A stretch of DNA of 64,000 bases from Auanema rhodensis (lineage: Eukaryota > Animalia > Nematoda). Position numbers and translations under genes: made by a program. The notes beneath the pieces were generated by a model. That model saw only the letters and a program-made list of their open reading frames with translations, was not told where the DNA came from and did not search any database. Each line of letters starts with the position of its first letter. The first letter of the stretch is position 1. Shown one piece after another: positions 38,573 to 52,165 of this stretch. Location: assembly GCA_964057225.1 (NCBI GenBank), contig OZ059895.1, forward strand, positions 16,492,001 through 16,556,000, written 5' to 3'.

Positions 38573-39739
38573 CTTTAGTCTATCTTTAGCTATCTTTTGA
38601 GTCTTTTTTTAAAGAATTTTCATAAAAATTAATTAATGTAATTGAACTTTGTGTGTCGATAGAAGTAATTACAAATCAGAGATGCTTTTCTATTCATGCA
38701 TGGGATCAGTAAAGATTGGAACAACACGAGAAGAATCTATTATGAGATGAGAGAGAGCAGAGATAGAACAATAGGAAGGCCAAGCTGAGTAAATTACTCT
38801 TGAGTAGCTTATTCATTCTCCTTTCCTCTCCCTCTTTCTCTCTCTTCCACTCGTCTCCCACTTCCCCCACCCCTCCTTCTCTCCTTTTCTTCTCTCTTCC
38901 AATTCTCTCATTTTCTCTCTCTATCATTGAATCTCCAGAAATAGCCGAAGCTACACCAATTTCGCGCCAATCAAGCTCTAATTTCGTGTCAATCAAAGCC
39001 AATGTGCCCTGAGGGACACGGGCAAGAGCATGAGAGTAAACGAAAGGATGAGATGCATAGATGGATTGAAAATGAAGGAGAAAAAACTAAAAAGGGAAAT
39101 AGATAGATAGAGAGAGAGAGAGGGGGAAGAGAAAGAAAAGGAGAGAGAGAGAGATCAAAAAAGCAAAGCATAAGGAAAAGGAAGTGCCGATTTTAAAGAG
39201 CAGTATGATCAGCTTTCAGCTATTCTTGTACATTATTCGACACTTTTCTATTACATATACACATTTGCATAGTTAAGCTAACTATAAGATTCATTCTTCT
39301 TATTCTATTATTAGAACTAAACTTTCTAAGAACAATTCATCATCGTTGATAAGATAAGTAAATACTTTCAAACAATCTATTGAAATTTTAAATTGAAATA
39401 TTTGTTCGAATTGTTGTCCATTTTCTTATCATTTTTTCCGAAACGACTGAAAGAGAAAGTGTGGATTCATTATTCAGTTTGATAATTTTTATTTTTTGGC
39501 CGACATGCTTCCTACCTTTTCACATCTTGACTGCTTCTAACCCAGCGTCATCATCATCACCTTCCAATCAACATCAAAATGACGAAACAGCCTTACTCCA
39601 TTAAGTTCCTTGTTTCTAATCTTTATTCTCTTAAAATTTACTTGAAGAACACAGAACAAGAACTTTATTTAAATATTAATACTCAAATTATACATATAAT
39701 TAGTGTATATAATATATAAGTAAAGTTGTACCTCGCCTA

Positions 39740-39835
<96 letters not shown>

Positions 39836-40278
39836 TTTAAATTTTCTTTCTCATTTCAAGCTCAAGCTGATAACACATCATCTTTATTTTTAGGAAAAAT
39901 ACTTATACAAGAGATTGTAAACCATCAATACTATTTGCTGATTAAAGAGCATCTGAACAACAAAAAAATGCTTAAGTTATAATTCAAACTAAAACTTTGA
40001 AATAAAACACATTTGAACGAATTCAAAAAATTTTATTATTGTTGCTAAATCATTTTTGTTTTGTTTTGTTTACCATTACATCAAAATCATGCAATTCTGA
40101 TCAAACTATTCAATTTCTAATCAGATATACTTACATTATTGTTTATTTTAGTTTAAAAACATAATTTATAAAATTATAACATTATGCTTATTTAGTTATA
40201 AGAATAGCTAGAAATAGTTATATTTACTATGTGTATATAGTTTATATTTTAAGCTTGTAGTTAAGCATATACTATACT

Positions 40279-40331
<53 letters not shown>

Positions 40332-41142
40332 TATTTAAATTTTGTAAAAAAAACCATTTTGTCTTGTAACTATGCATGTATATACTATCTCTCTCTTTCT
40401 CTTCATTGCTCCCTCTCTCTCTATCTCTCTCTCTCTCTCACTCTCTCTCTTTACTTTTATTGATTTACATCTGATTATTCATTTATTCAGAAAATATTTC
40501 TTCACTCTCGAACGCCAGCATCCCTCCTCTCTCCTACCCCCACCGTGTTTCACGTCAAAAATTTGAATTTTACGTGAAATATTTGCATTTGTCTGCTTAT
40601 CATTTTTCATTGTAAAAGCAAACAAGTTGGTCATAATACAATCAGGAACATACACGTATGCTCTTCTCTTCGTAAAATCTCTAATTCCGTAAGTGAATGT
40701 TTCAAATCTAATCTTGCTAGCATGTATGTATGTATGTATGTATGTGAATGTATCTCTATCTATCTATCTATTTAACTATATGTGTATATACGTATGTACA
40801 TGTAATGAACATATAGTTAATATAGTAAAGAAGTAAGATTTTGTATTTTTAAAAAATGAAATATACTATATGGTATAGTATATGGTATAATATATAATAT
40901 TATATATTAATCTATGTATATATATATATATATGTGTGTAGATGTTGATGTTGATATATAATTTTTAAACATATCGATGATATGATTAGTATATTTACAT
41001 AATTATATTCTAGTATATTTCTATTTTTGTTATATAACTCTTCTTTTTGGTTCGAATGTCATTTCATATGTATCATATACTGTCGAAGAGAAATTAGAAT
41101 CTGAAAAGAATACAGATAGATTGAATAAGGGACTTGAACATA

Positions 41143-41209
<67 letters not shown>

Positions 41210-42339
41210 TGCGATGGCGTATAAGAGAGAAAGAGTCAGAATAGCGTTAAGGAACAGAAATAGAGGGAATAAGAGAAAGAGGGAGAGAGATCTTGTAGAA
41301 GAGGAGCAGAAGGAGCCAAAATTGGCGTCTATTTATGGTTAGCTCGCCCTTTCCTACACGTTCGGATGTAGTTGATTTCGTTAAGGGCAACGAGGAATCC
41401 GATTGATCGAGTCGACGACGACGACACCCTTTACTTTCTTTCTTTCTCGTCACCCTTATATAACTATATATACATATATATGTATATATATAGTATATTA
41501 TATATATATATAACTATATCTACATAAATATATGTATATATAGTTGTATATAGTTTAAAAAAATCCTGGAAAAAAAAATATTTTGATATATGCCATGTGT
41601 ACCTCTTGCATTTTTTTTCCTTTACTTCTATTTCCGCTCTTTCATTCCTCTATTCCTCTATTCATCTTTTTTCTCTCATTCTCACTTGGTATCATGCTTC
41701 TTCTGTTTCTCTTCATTGGCATTTTCCCTTCCTTTTCCCATCATCTCCCTCCCCACCCCCCTCCACTCTCTTTTTTTCTTTCTTTCTCTCTTTATCTCTC
41801 TAGATTTCCTTTTTTTTCTTGCATTTCTTACTCTAGTCCATTCAGAAAGAAACAGAAAAAATAATGAATATTGCTCACTGACCAATATGAGCCTTTTGCA
41901 ACATTTTCTTCAGCTTACCTTGTTTTATAGAAAATGTATACGTTGAGCAAATAAGGTTGATGTGTGCGTGTGTATGAGTGTGTGAGTGTGGGGAGATAGA
42001 AGAAGGATATCTATCTGATCAATGAAGTATGTATGTATAAGATATGATGCTAAATCCTTAATAATTCCTTTTATGATTGCGAACTAGTTATCTTTTCAAT
42101 TGTTTTTCCCTGTTTTCTCTCTCCTCACTCCTCCCCCTCTCTTCTTCCTTCCCCTCCCCCCCCCTCTCTCTCTCTTTCTCTACCTCCCTCTTTCTCTTCC
42201 TCTGTCGTTTCTCTCCTTCGTCCACTCTAAGCTTTCACTGTTCTCATATAAATTCATCTGGAACCCATATGAAGCATTCAACCGGCCAGAAGGCCTAAAG
42301 TTTTTAGAGTTTGTTGTTGTGGATGTGGCTAGATGATTA

Positions 42340-42690
42340 GCCGGCTTGGCTTGGCATGCCTTGCCTTGCCTTGCTTGTCTCGCCCTTCCTTGGCTTAGCT
42401 TAGCTTGCCTTGGCTCAGCTTGGCTTGACTTGGTTCTGCTCTACCCTGCTCGGCTTGACTTGCCATGGCATAGCATGGCTTGGCTTAGCTTAGCTTGCCT
42501 TGCCTTGTCTTGTCTCCGCTTGGCTTACATTGGCTTGACTTGGCTTGGCTGAGCTTGGCTTGCCCTGACTCGCCTTGGCTTGCAATAGCTTGCTTTGGCA
42601 TGCCTTGGCTCCACTTGGCTTAGCTTGGCTTGACTTGGCATGGCTTGGCTTGCCTTAGACTGACTCAACTAGCTGGTTGGTTGGCCTGGG
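42340..42690 (+). repeat. Degenerate pentamer satellite (GCTTG/GCTTA/CCTTG)n, ~65-70 units
   Basis: Clear 5-nt periodicity: ggcttggcttggcatgccttgccttgcc...ttggcttagcttagcttgcc. Confidence 0.9.
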
Positions 42691-42818
42691 CTATCTAGGC
42701 TAACGGCTTGCACCACGACGACGGCACGCACGGCAGAGGGCCGACTGAGCGGAAAGCCCAACATCCGGATAAGGCCAGCACCAACATAGTCACTACCTCT
42801 CTCTCTCTTTCTCTCTTT

Positions 42819-42859
<41 letters not shown>

Positions 42860-43595
42860 AAATTCTTTTTACTCTTTCCACGATCTCATGCTATACCTTT
42901 CCTTTGCGAATGTTTCTTCCATTTTCCTTTTGTAAACTACGCCTTTTTTCAGTTCACCTATTAATAAGCTCAACTGATATACTAGCAAATTCTGGTGTTT
43001 GAAACCAAAATATGCTGCTGAGATGAGAAATTAGTCAGCTTTTCTTGGCAGAAAATCACATTTTTCACATAATATATATACTACTAGCGCTGTTATACTA
43101 CAAACTAAAATTCTATTTCTATTTCATCTCTAAAAAAATATTTTATTTTTTTTTTTCTTTTTCTCTCTATATAACATATAATATATAGTTTTTTTGTGCT
43201 CTTGCTACAGCTACTACTACTATTACTACTACTGCTATTGCTTGTAGGGGCTTATGCTGCTACCGCTACTTATGCTGCTGCTGCTCCTCTTCTTGCTCTT
43301 CCGCCTATTAATATTGCCCCAACAAGAAATAATACTGTTTCATGTCATGTCAATGTTCATCTTTTTGTCTTTTTCTCTTTTTTTTTGTTCACATATTCAT
43401 CGATCGAACTTGATATGATCTATCAATCCATATAGTAAACAAAAGTTTGAAAATATTTTCTTTTTTTTGCCTTCATTTGATTTTTAGTCGAAACTTTCTT
43501 AATTTATACCTTCATTGTATTGTTTTGTATAATCTATTTTTTAGTTAAAATGTCTATAAATAACCATTTGTAGACTTTTTTCCCTTTCTCTTTAT

Positions 43596-43675
<80 letters not shown>

Positions 43676-44744
43676 ACTGCTCTCCCTCCATCGTCTACTT
43701 ATGTTCAATGATGATTATAGCTGCTTACTCAATATTGATTTTTACTTTTCTTTTTTTTTTCATTGAATCCGACTCAATGTCCACGTCGACTTTTTATTGT
43801 ATTCTAGTTCGTATGAGCATGATTCTGATGAACATGTTTATGATTAACATCAAGATGTTGAGCTTGCTTTTAGCATTTAGATGGACCACATCGTTTTTCT
43901 CAGTTTGGTGTTTGTTCTTCGTTTCGTTCGTTGACAATACAGGGTATGAGAGCTTTGCATAATGATTACAAGGCTCATGTCTCTGATACTAAATGCACGG
44001 TGCTCTTCAGTTCCTTACATGTACATTTCTCACTATTCATGTTTCAACCATTTTTTTATTATTTCATCGTTTTCTCTCCATCTTTCTCTTTTTCCCCCTC
44101 TATCTTCCTTCTCTCTCTCTTTCTCTCTCTCTTTCTCTCCCTCTCTCTATCTCTATCTGTCTCTCTCTAGCTATAGAGGTTTTTGTCTTGTTTGAACTCT
44201 GCTTCTACTATTCTACGTTCTCAAGCATTTCCATCATTCTATGCATCCTTTCATGTCTCATTCCCTCTCTCATCTGTCTCCTATCTCGTTTCCGCTATCG
44301 ATTGCATTGCCATGTGTCCCTCTTCGCCTGCGGGCAGCAAAGCTGGTCCTCTTATTCTGCCTTCTTCTCTTCATCTTTCTCTCACCCTTTAGCCATTTTC
44401 TTTCCTCTGTCTCTCTCCATCTCATTTCTACATACAATTTTGTTGCTACTTCCTTGCTCTCCTCTCTCTCACCCCACTCTCCAAGCCTCAGGAGCAGTCT
44501 GGCCTACCCACAGCTGAAGAAGAAAAACGAAATAAGGAGACTGGGAGAGAGACGAGAAATATGCGGGACTGAGCTTGAGATGGTGCAGAGAAAAGCCGCG
44601 CAAGACAGCATCTACATAGCATGCATCTTGAAGAGAGAGGAAGGCAATAGGATTTTTCTCCCTCCTCTTCTCCTATTCGAAGCGAATGTCTGCATCTCTC
44701 GCCCTCTTCTCCATCCAGCCAAAAGGATCCCCAGCACCCTTCGG

Positions 44745-44869
44745 CTGCTTGCTGGCCGGCCGGCTTGCTTGCTTGGCTTGACTAGGATTGGCTTGGCTTG
44801 GCTTGCCTTGCCCTAGCTTGCCTAGCCTTGCCTTGCCGCTGCAGACGCGGACGCTGCCGTCGCGTCTGC
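44745..44869 (+). repeat. Second, shorter pentamer array followed by a GC-rich hairpin
   Basis: Same unit family as 42340-42690. GCAGACGCG (44841-44849) and CGCGTCTGC (44861-44869) form a perfect inverted repeat. Confidence 0.8.
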
Positions 44870-45661
44870 TGCCCTGGAATCGGTCCCAACGCGCCCTCCA
44901 AACCATTCAGGACTCACCCGTTTTTCGTCTCTCGCTTTTACATCATCTCTAGATCTTTTTTCCTGCTTTCATCTCTCTATCTCTTTTTTTGTTCCACTCT
45001 CCTGCTATTCCTGTGTTTCTTCTCTCAGCTTTTTTTTCTTTGAGCTTTTGCCCTTTTCTGGCAATCGTCCAGTAATGTGTAGCAATAATGTTTCATCGTT
45101 CTTCAATTTGTTCTGTGTCACATCATGTACAGTCGCTTGTTTTCTGTGCTCGATGAGCATATTCGTTCAAGAAAAGATGTTTTTTGCTTCTTCAAACTAA
45201 TCGATATAAAGCGAATTTCATTTGCCATTCCATCAATATATATATATATATTTAATTATTATACTCAATTATTATATTTCATAATATATATGGTAAAATA
45301 TAATTTTTGAGTTGTTTCTTGCTGCCCTATTCAGCTCATTAGCTAATCTATCTCATTACCTTCCTTCGTTCATTAGTTTTTTTTTTTTGATAATTTCCGT
45401 TTGCCTTTTGCGATGGTTCTTCTATTTTTTTGCTTTCTCTCGTACCTCTATCGTATCTCTCTCACTTTCAACGTTACTCGGCCAAACTCTAACTGCTTTC
45501 CTCTCTAAGCAGATGCCATACTACCGATACCGCCATCTCCATCATCCAGCGTCAGTCCACCTTTCCTATGCTACCACCTTCAGCCCTTCATCCGTCCTCT
45601 TTGTATTTTCTCGTACACCTCTCCCTGATATTCTATTCCATTTCCCTATATCTCTCCTTTT

Positions 45662-45722
<61 letters not shown>

Positions 45723-46555
45723 GATTTCCATCTTCCACTCTCTCTCCCTGTCTCTCTCAATCTATTCTCTTTTCTCTTTATATGTAGATAATTTTCTATT
45801 ATTTTATTACCATTATTCTCTCGAAATGCAGCCTCATCCTCGCAATACTTCATGGACAAGCTGTTAGATTTTGTCTCTGATTCATCCTCCTCCTAATCAT
45901 TATCCATTTTTGAATCATTTAGCTAGCTTTTAGCTGATTGCTCAGACATATGAGCTGTTACCGGTATCATCAGAGCATGACCAGCTGCATGGCCAAACGG
46001 ACCAGCTGCATCCATATGATGCTTATTGATTTTGTTTTTATTGATCTGCCTTTAATCTGTTTCTTCCTTTCTTCATCTAATTTTCTGATCTTTGCTCGTT
46101 TGTCTTCTGCTATTTTTATATTATTTTTTCTTTAATTTATAATATTAAACTATATTATTTCAGTTAACCATGCTAGCATATTTAACCACAACAAGCCTAT
46201 CAAATAGAATCTTCACTAGCAAATACAAGCATATTCATCATTTCTGTTTTCTGTTTTATCATTCGTAATGCTACCTGTCAAATGTCTCTTGATGATGCTA
46301 CTATGTTCAATCTCATCAGATTCTAACTTCATGCCAATCTAGCTATTCGAACCATCTGTTATATAGACATTCGGCTTATTATATCCACTCTTTTCCCGTC
46401 TTTTTCCAGCATCTTTATGGCTCTTTCACCGAAATATCGATCGGACACAAAAGGTCCCTTTGCCTATGCTGTGTGTGGCCACAGCATCTACACAGCAGCA
46501 GCAGCAGCAGCAGCCTCCCCCGCAATTCATGCGTCCCCTACTACCACTAACACAC

Positions 46556-46590
<35 letters not shown>

Positions 46591-47675
46591 TACACACGCG
46601 CTTGCCTGTGGCCTCTTAGATTTTCTTCCTCTCTGTGCTCCTGCCTTGTTTCTCTCTCTCTCTCTCTGCATCTCTTGTTATATCTAGCACCCTCAGTCAG
46701 TCTTTGTCATCAAGCCAGGCTTTACCCTGCCTTCATCCCCCTCTCAATCCTTCAAGCTCTCTACGCTCTAGTCTATCTTACTAAGTCTCTCTCTCTTTCT
46801 TCGTTTCTCTTACTATTGCTTCTATCTCTTCTTCAAGCTCTCCTTCTCTCTCATTTTCTGTTCCCTTCATATATTCGATGTCTCTTACTATCGAAAAGGG
46901 GTGGCCCAAGCGTTAGACCTGTGCTCTCCGAATACGGAATAGCTTCATACATCAGAAAGGGCTACTTCTACTACTCCTACAACAACTACTACTACTCCTA
47001 CTACTACTACTACTCCTAGAACTCCTACTACTCCTACTACCATTACCACTGCAGCAGCTGCCACAGCTACTATTCTGTTGCTGCAGTTGTTGTTGGTGAC
47101 CATAAAGCTTAGCTTCATCTGCAACCAAATATGAGATCGTTTTGATCGTGAATTATGCTCGGATAAAGCACGTCGGATGATCTTCTAATCGCGGCTAACA
47201 AACGAGAAAAAAGTCAAAAATATGAAATACGGTTCCAAAAGCTGCAAATTTTGAAAAAGTGGGGAGGCGAAGAAGGGAGAAAAAGCAATGCCTTTATCGT
47301 TGATTAGCTGGCAAGCTTGGTGTGATATTACATTTTCCTCAATATTGTTTGTTGGCGCAAACAGTTCAAAGTCATAATAGGAAAAAGAATTGAGAAAATG
47401 GTTCGGTAGTATAATATTGTTCTGGAAGGCCACAACAAGCACACACACACACATACACATACGCATGCATACAGCTTATAGCAGTTGCTTTGCTTTCATC
47501 CCCCACATCACTTTATAACGTTTTCGATGGCATTGTCGTTCACTTTTGACAACAACCTATCCTCGGATTGCAGGTTATGTGAATTCAAGCTTTCCTGGCT
47601 TCCGTTATTTGTCTCCTATTGCCTGCATCTCCTAGTATTCAACCTATGCCTCACCCTCCAACTCGTCCCCTCCCC

Positions 47676-47752
<77 letters not shown>

Positions 47753-49613
47753 CTTTCTCTCACACATACACACACACTCTGTATTTCTCTCAGCTATTCG
47801 ATCTACCTCGTATATCTTCAAGCTCTATTGCTTGAACATCTGACTTGGATGTGGATCTTCACGTGTGTCTGCTAAGCTAACACGTGAATCGTGGGTATCT
47901 AGTGTGATTTCATCTTATTCATCTCAGCATCTCTCTCTCTCTCTCATACACATACACATGGAGACGTCCTGTTCATCATCTGTATGCCCTCTCCCTCAAT
48001 CCCGTCAGCTGTGCCTGTACATGCAAATACACATCGAAAATTGCACGCATTTTGCAATTTTTAATCGAGAAGAACTATCGAAATTCTATTCTTCTTTCCT
48101 TTCTGGCGTCGTCGCAAAAATAATTATTCAAATTTTTGTCGATTTATGATCTCAAAATGTATAAATTGTGAGAATGACGTCTACGTCAATGATTATGATG
48201 ATGGCGCATGATGATTGTGACAATGCACTCTGCTTGGATAGCTATAACCTATCCGACCAGCTGAGCTCAAGTCTCGTTCAATCACTCACACCACCAACTG
48301 ATATCACTACAAGCGCTAAAGTTGATTTTTTGAATTCTATGATAACGTCATCATCAGCAGCAGCAGTACTACGAAAACCATCCCACCACTATATCCTGGA
48401 GATAGAGTACATCATCCTGATCATGAGGACAGTGAAAGAAGTGAGTAGAGAGAGAGAGAGAGAGAGGGAGAGACGTTTCCGGTGAAAAAACCTTTTCCAA
48501 ACCTCATTGCAAGCTTTCTATTGCCTTCAATAAGCTGTTTATCTACCTTATATTATACTATGTTTACTACAATCAGTTTTATATTATTTCCGTTCATTCT
48601 TAAGCATTTTCCACTTTTTTTCGTTTCACATAATTCGTATTTCAAACTATAAGATTGCTTCTACACTCACTTTTCTTTTCTTTTTTCTTTTTTTGGAAAT
48701 TATTCAAATGATTACATCATTTTCAATATTGTTATTACTTTCTCTCTCTCCTCTTTTCTCTCTCTCTCTCTTGTTCTCTCTCTCCCTTTCTCTCTCTCTC
48801 TTTTCTCATTTTTCTTGTCATCATATCAATGCCTCAACTATCATCCTTATTCTATCACATATTCTTCTTTGTCAGTTTCTTTTTCTCATCTTTCACCCTT
48901 TTGCTTTACATCTTCTTCGTCATATTTCTATCATGCATGTCTTCATACAGATATACATAACATCTTTGATGATTTGTCATCAAACCCCAAGCAAGATCTG
49001 TTAGCCATCTCTTTGCGTCAAACCGTTTTGAGGTCTCTACTTCAGCCTCCCCCCTCTCCTTCTCTCTTTTCTTCTTCTTCTTCTTCTCTTCCTCCCTTTT
49101 TCGAGCACTAGTTCGATCAGAGGCAGTGCAAGTGCCTCAGTCGTTGTCGATCAGCAAGCCTCATCGACGTTGTCGGCTGGTCCGGTGACCAATATGGTCG
49201 TTAGCCAATGTTAGTCCTCATCGTCCTGCCTCTGACTGACTGGCGCCAAATTCAAAAAAAAAAAAAAAAAGAAACGGCGGAATAGCAAAATGAGAAAAAG
49301 AGTGTTGGAAGAAGGCAATATGTTACATTAGGACGTGAGACAACCTTTGTGACATCTCAAAACATGACTTTAAACCATCAGATTACTATTTATGTGTCAT
49401 CATGTATTAGATTTAAACTATATGTATGCAACCCAATGTACAAATATATAATATTATACGTTTACATACACATATATCCAAACTTAACAGTTTCATTTCT
49501 TTTTTGCATCCATTTTTAGGTCATTTGTTTGTAAAACTCAAAACCAAATACAACAGATTCCTCAATGTGTGATCCACATTCAGAATATATCGCATTGGTT
49601 TATGCCTCCCCCC

Positions 49614-49664
<51 letters not shown>

Positions 49665-50040
49665 TATTCACATCGCATTTGTATACCTTTCTCAGCTGTG
49701 CTTCACACTCATGTTTTTTTTATTTTTTCGTTAAAATTTCAACATTTCACTATTATTTCCGCTCTTTTTTCTATATTTTAATATCTCTATATCTACCTCA
49801 TCTCTTTGTTCACCTTTTCTTTCATTTTTTTTGTTTTTTTTCTGATCTCATCTCGTCAATATTATTTTTCTTTTTGCTCTTATATTTTGTTACTTTATAT
49901 CTTAAATTACTTTTGATTAATTTCTATATCGTTCTAACAATTCAAGACTAATTGTTCGTATTTTCAGGCATTTTCGCACTGGCCTTGCTCTGTTTTTTCC
50001 AAATAATTATCCGACGATCACCAGCTAATCTCTCTTCATT

Positions 50041-50079
<39 letters not shown>

Positions 50080-51939
50080 ATTTTCGTCAGCGTTATATTA
50101 TATATTATATTATATAATATATACTTTTCATAGGCTTCATGTTCCAACTCGCTTTTCTTTCCTAACTATTCTACTCTCGTATCCCACTCGTCTCCTTTCT
50201 CGTCCTCTCATCTTCTGCCCTAATATGAAACAATACCCAGCTGTGTCTATAAAGTAATACACAGTTTCCGTGCTTCTTTACTTCATTGTCGTTCTTTTAG
50301 CCTTCAAGCTCATCCTCTGCGTTCCCAGAATATGTCTAAGGGGAGGGAGTAGTGATGGGGGGAGAGAAGGAAAGGAGCGATGAGCTTGTTGTGCTTTTAC
50401 ACGAAATTCATTACAAGGTTTTACGTTGAAGATGATGATGAGCATGATGAGCATCATGATGTTGACAATAATGTTCAAACATCTTGTTAAGCACAATTAT
50501 CTTTGACTATATTGAATATGGAAAAACCTTAGTTTCTCACTCTTTGCTCTCATATATGGATAAATATCAGCTAATGAGATTAACAGCAATCTGAAGACTA
50601 CAAATCTAGTATGATCCATCTCCCTCCCTCTCCCCCCTCTCTCTCTCTCTCTCTGTCTCTTTCTCTCTCTATGTCTCTTTACCATCATATTCCCTATATC
50701 TCATCGGTTTTTTCTTCATTGTTTAAAAATTTTTAGTTGAACAACATTACATATGTAAGTGTATGAAGTACATCAAGAAATAGCTCGATGTCAACTTTCG
50801 TTCTTAAATTCAACTGCTTCGAAAAAAAGATGAAAAGGAAGAAGAAGAAGAGGCTATATGAAGGAAACAAGTTAATTGATCTCAACCTTCTAGGGCAAAT
50901 GATGGTGCCATTAGCTCAATCTCACATCTTCTCCCTCCCCCCTCTTTCTCTCTCTCTCCCTCTTCCTCTCTTCATTTTAAAACTTTTGTGAGATAACGCT
51001 GTAGCTGACTAATGCCGAATTGGTTAGCTTAAGGTTTGTGAGAGAGGAAGGACTGGAGGTTAACCGGTTGTCAGCTCGTGTGTCTGGTGTGCTGTGTCCT
51101 AAGAGAATAGCTAGCCATTAAAGCCATTCCTTATATGGTTTAAGGGTTCTAAAGGGTAGGTTTGAGCCGGTTGAGGAGATTGGCTATGCGGCGCCTTGCC
51201 AATTATTTCTATCGATTGCTCAAACGTGGGGGGGGGGGGCAGATAGGGAAAGAGGGAGAGAGACAAGAGAGAGAGTAAGGGAGAGTGGGAGGGGAGATGT
51301 AAGAAGCCATGGCGAGACTGAGAAGAGGGAGGAAAATGAAGAGATATGGAGATAGAAAGAAAGAAAATGAGAATAGAGAGAAAGAAAAGGATGTAGGCAA
51401 CGACGAGAGGGAAAGAATATGGCAAAAGACAATACGTTATGAAGAGATTCAGACGAATGAATATGCGTGAAGAGATGTAGAGGAGCAAAAGGGAAGAAGT
51501 GGATGGAAAAACAGCAGCAGCAGCAGAAACAGCAGTAGTAGTAGCAATGAGTAGAGGAAAAAGGAAAAGGGAGGAATAGCAAGATGGAGATAGAGAGAGA
51601 GCATGAGGGTGATGATGAGAGGGAGAAGAAGGGGCTGAAAGGGAAATATATAGCAAAGAAAGAGGGAAATAGGGAGAGAGGTTGAGAGAGAGGGAGGTTG
51701 AGAGAGTGAGGTTGAGAGAGATTGAGAAGGCATGGCTATATAGCATATGCACACAATCTATATATGGAAATATGAAGCATTTCTTATCGGCTTCTTCTCA
51801 TCACTTATCATAATTCTTATATATTATGATAGAAAAAAAATAATTATCTCATCATCACATCTATACCATGTGTATGCTGTTTAGTATACGAAATAGATTT
51901 ATATGTTTCGGCGAGCCACACATAGCATAGCACTCGAGC

Positions 51940-52165
51940 AGCATCTGCAGCAGCAGCAGCAGAACCAGAACACCACCAGCACCACCACCACCACTACTAC
52001 CACCACCACCAGCATAAGCACAAGTAGTAGTTATAGTAGTTGTAGTTGTTGTAGTAGTATTCACCTACCCATCCTCCTTTTCCTACTCCTTCTCCGTCTT
52101 CTACTCCTCCTCCTCCTCCTCCTTCCCCTCCTCCTTCTCGTAGCATCAACATCATCATCATCATA
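51940..52165 (+). repeat. Compound trinucleotide microsatellite (CAG)(CAC)(TAG/TTG)(CTC)(CAT)
   Basis: Successive triplet runs read directly. Confidence 0.85.

Noticed and set aside
42346-42552. Leu/Ala/Trp-rich 68-aa ORF that looks like a membrane peptide
   Set aside because: It is the translation of the pentamer satellite.
42340-42690. Interstitial telomere or CRISPR-like array
   Set aside because: The period is 5 nt rather than TTAGGC hexamers, there are no unique spacers, and the context is eukaryotic.
49121-49128. AGGCAGTG, the 5' end of miR-34
   Set aside because: Only the seed matches. The rest of the mature sequence and a pre-miRNA hairpin are absent.
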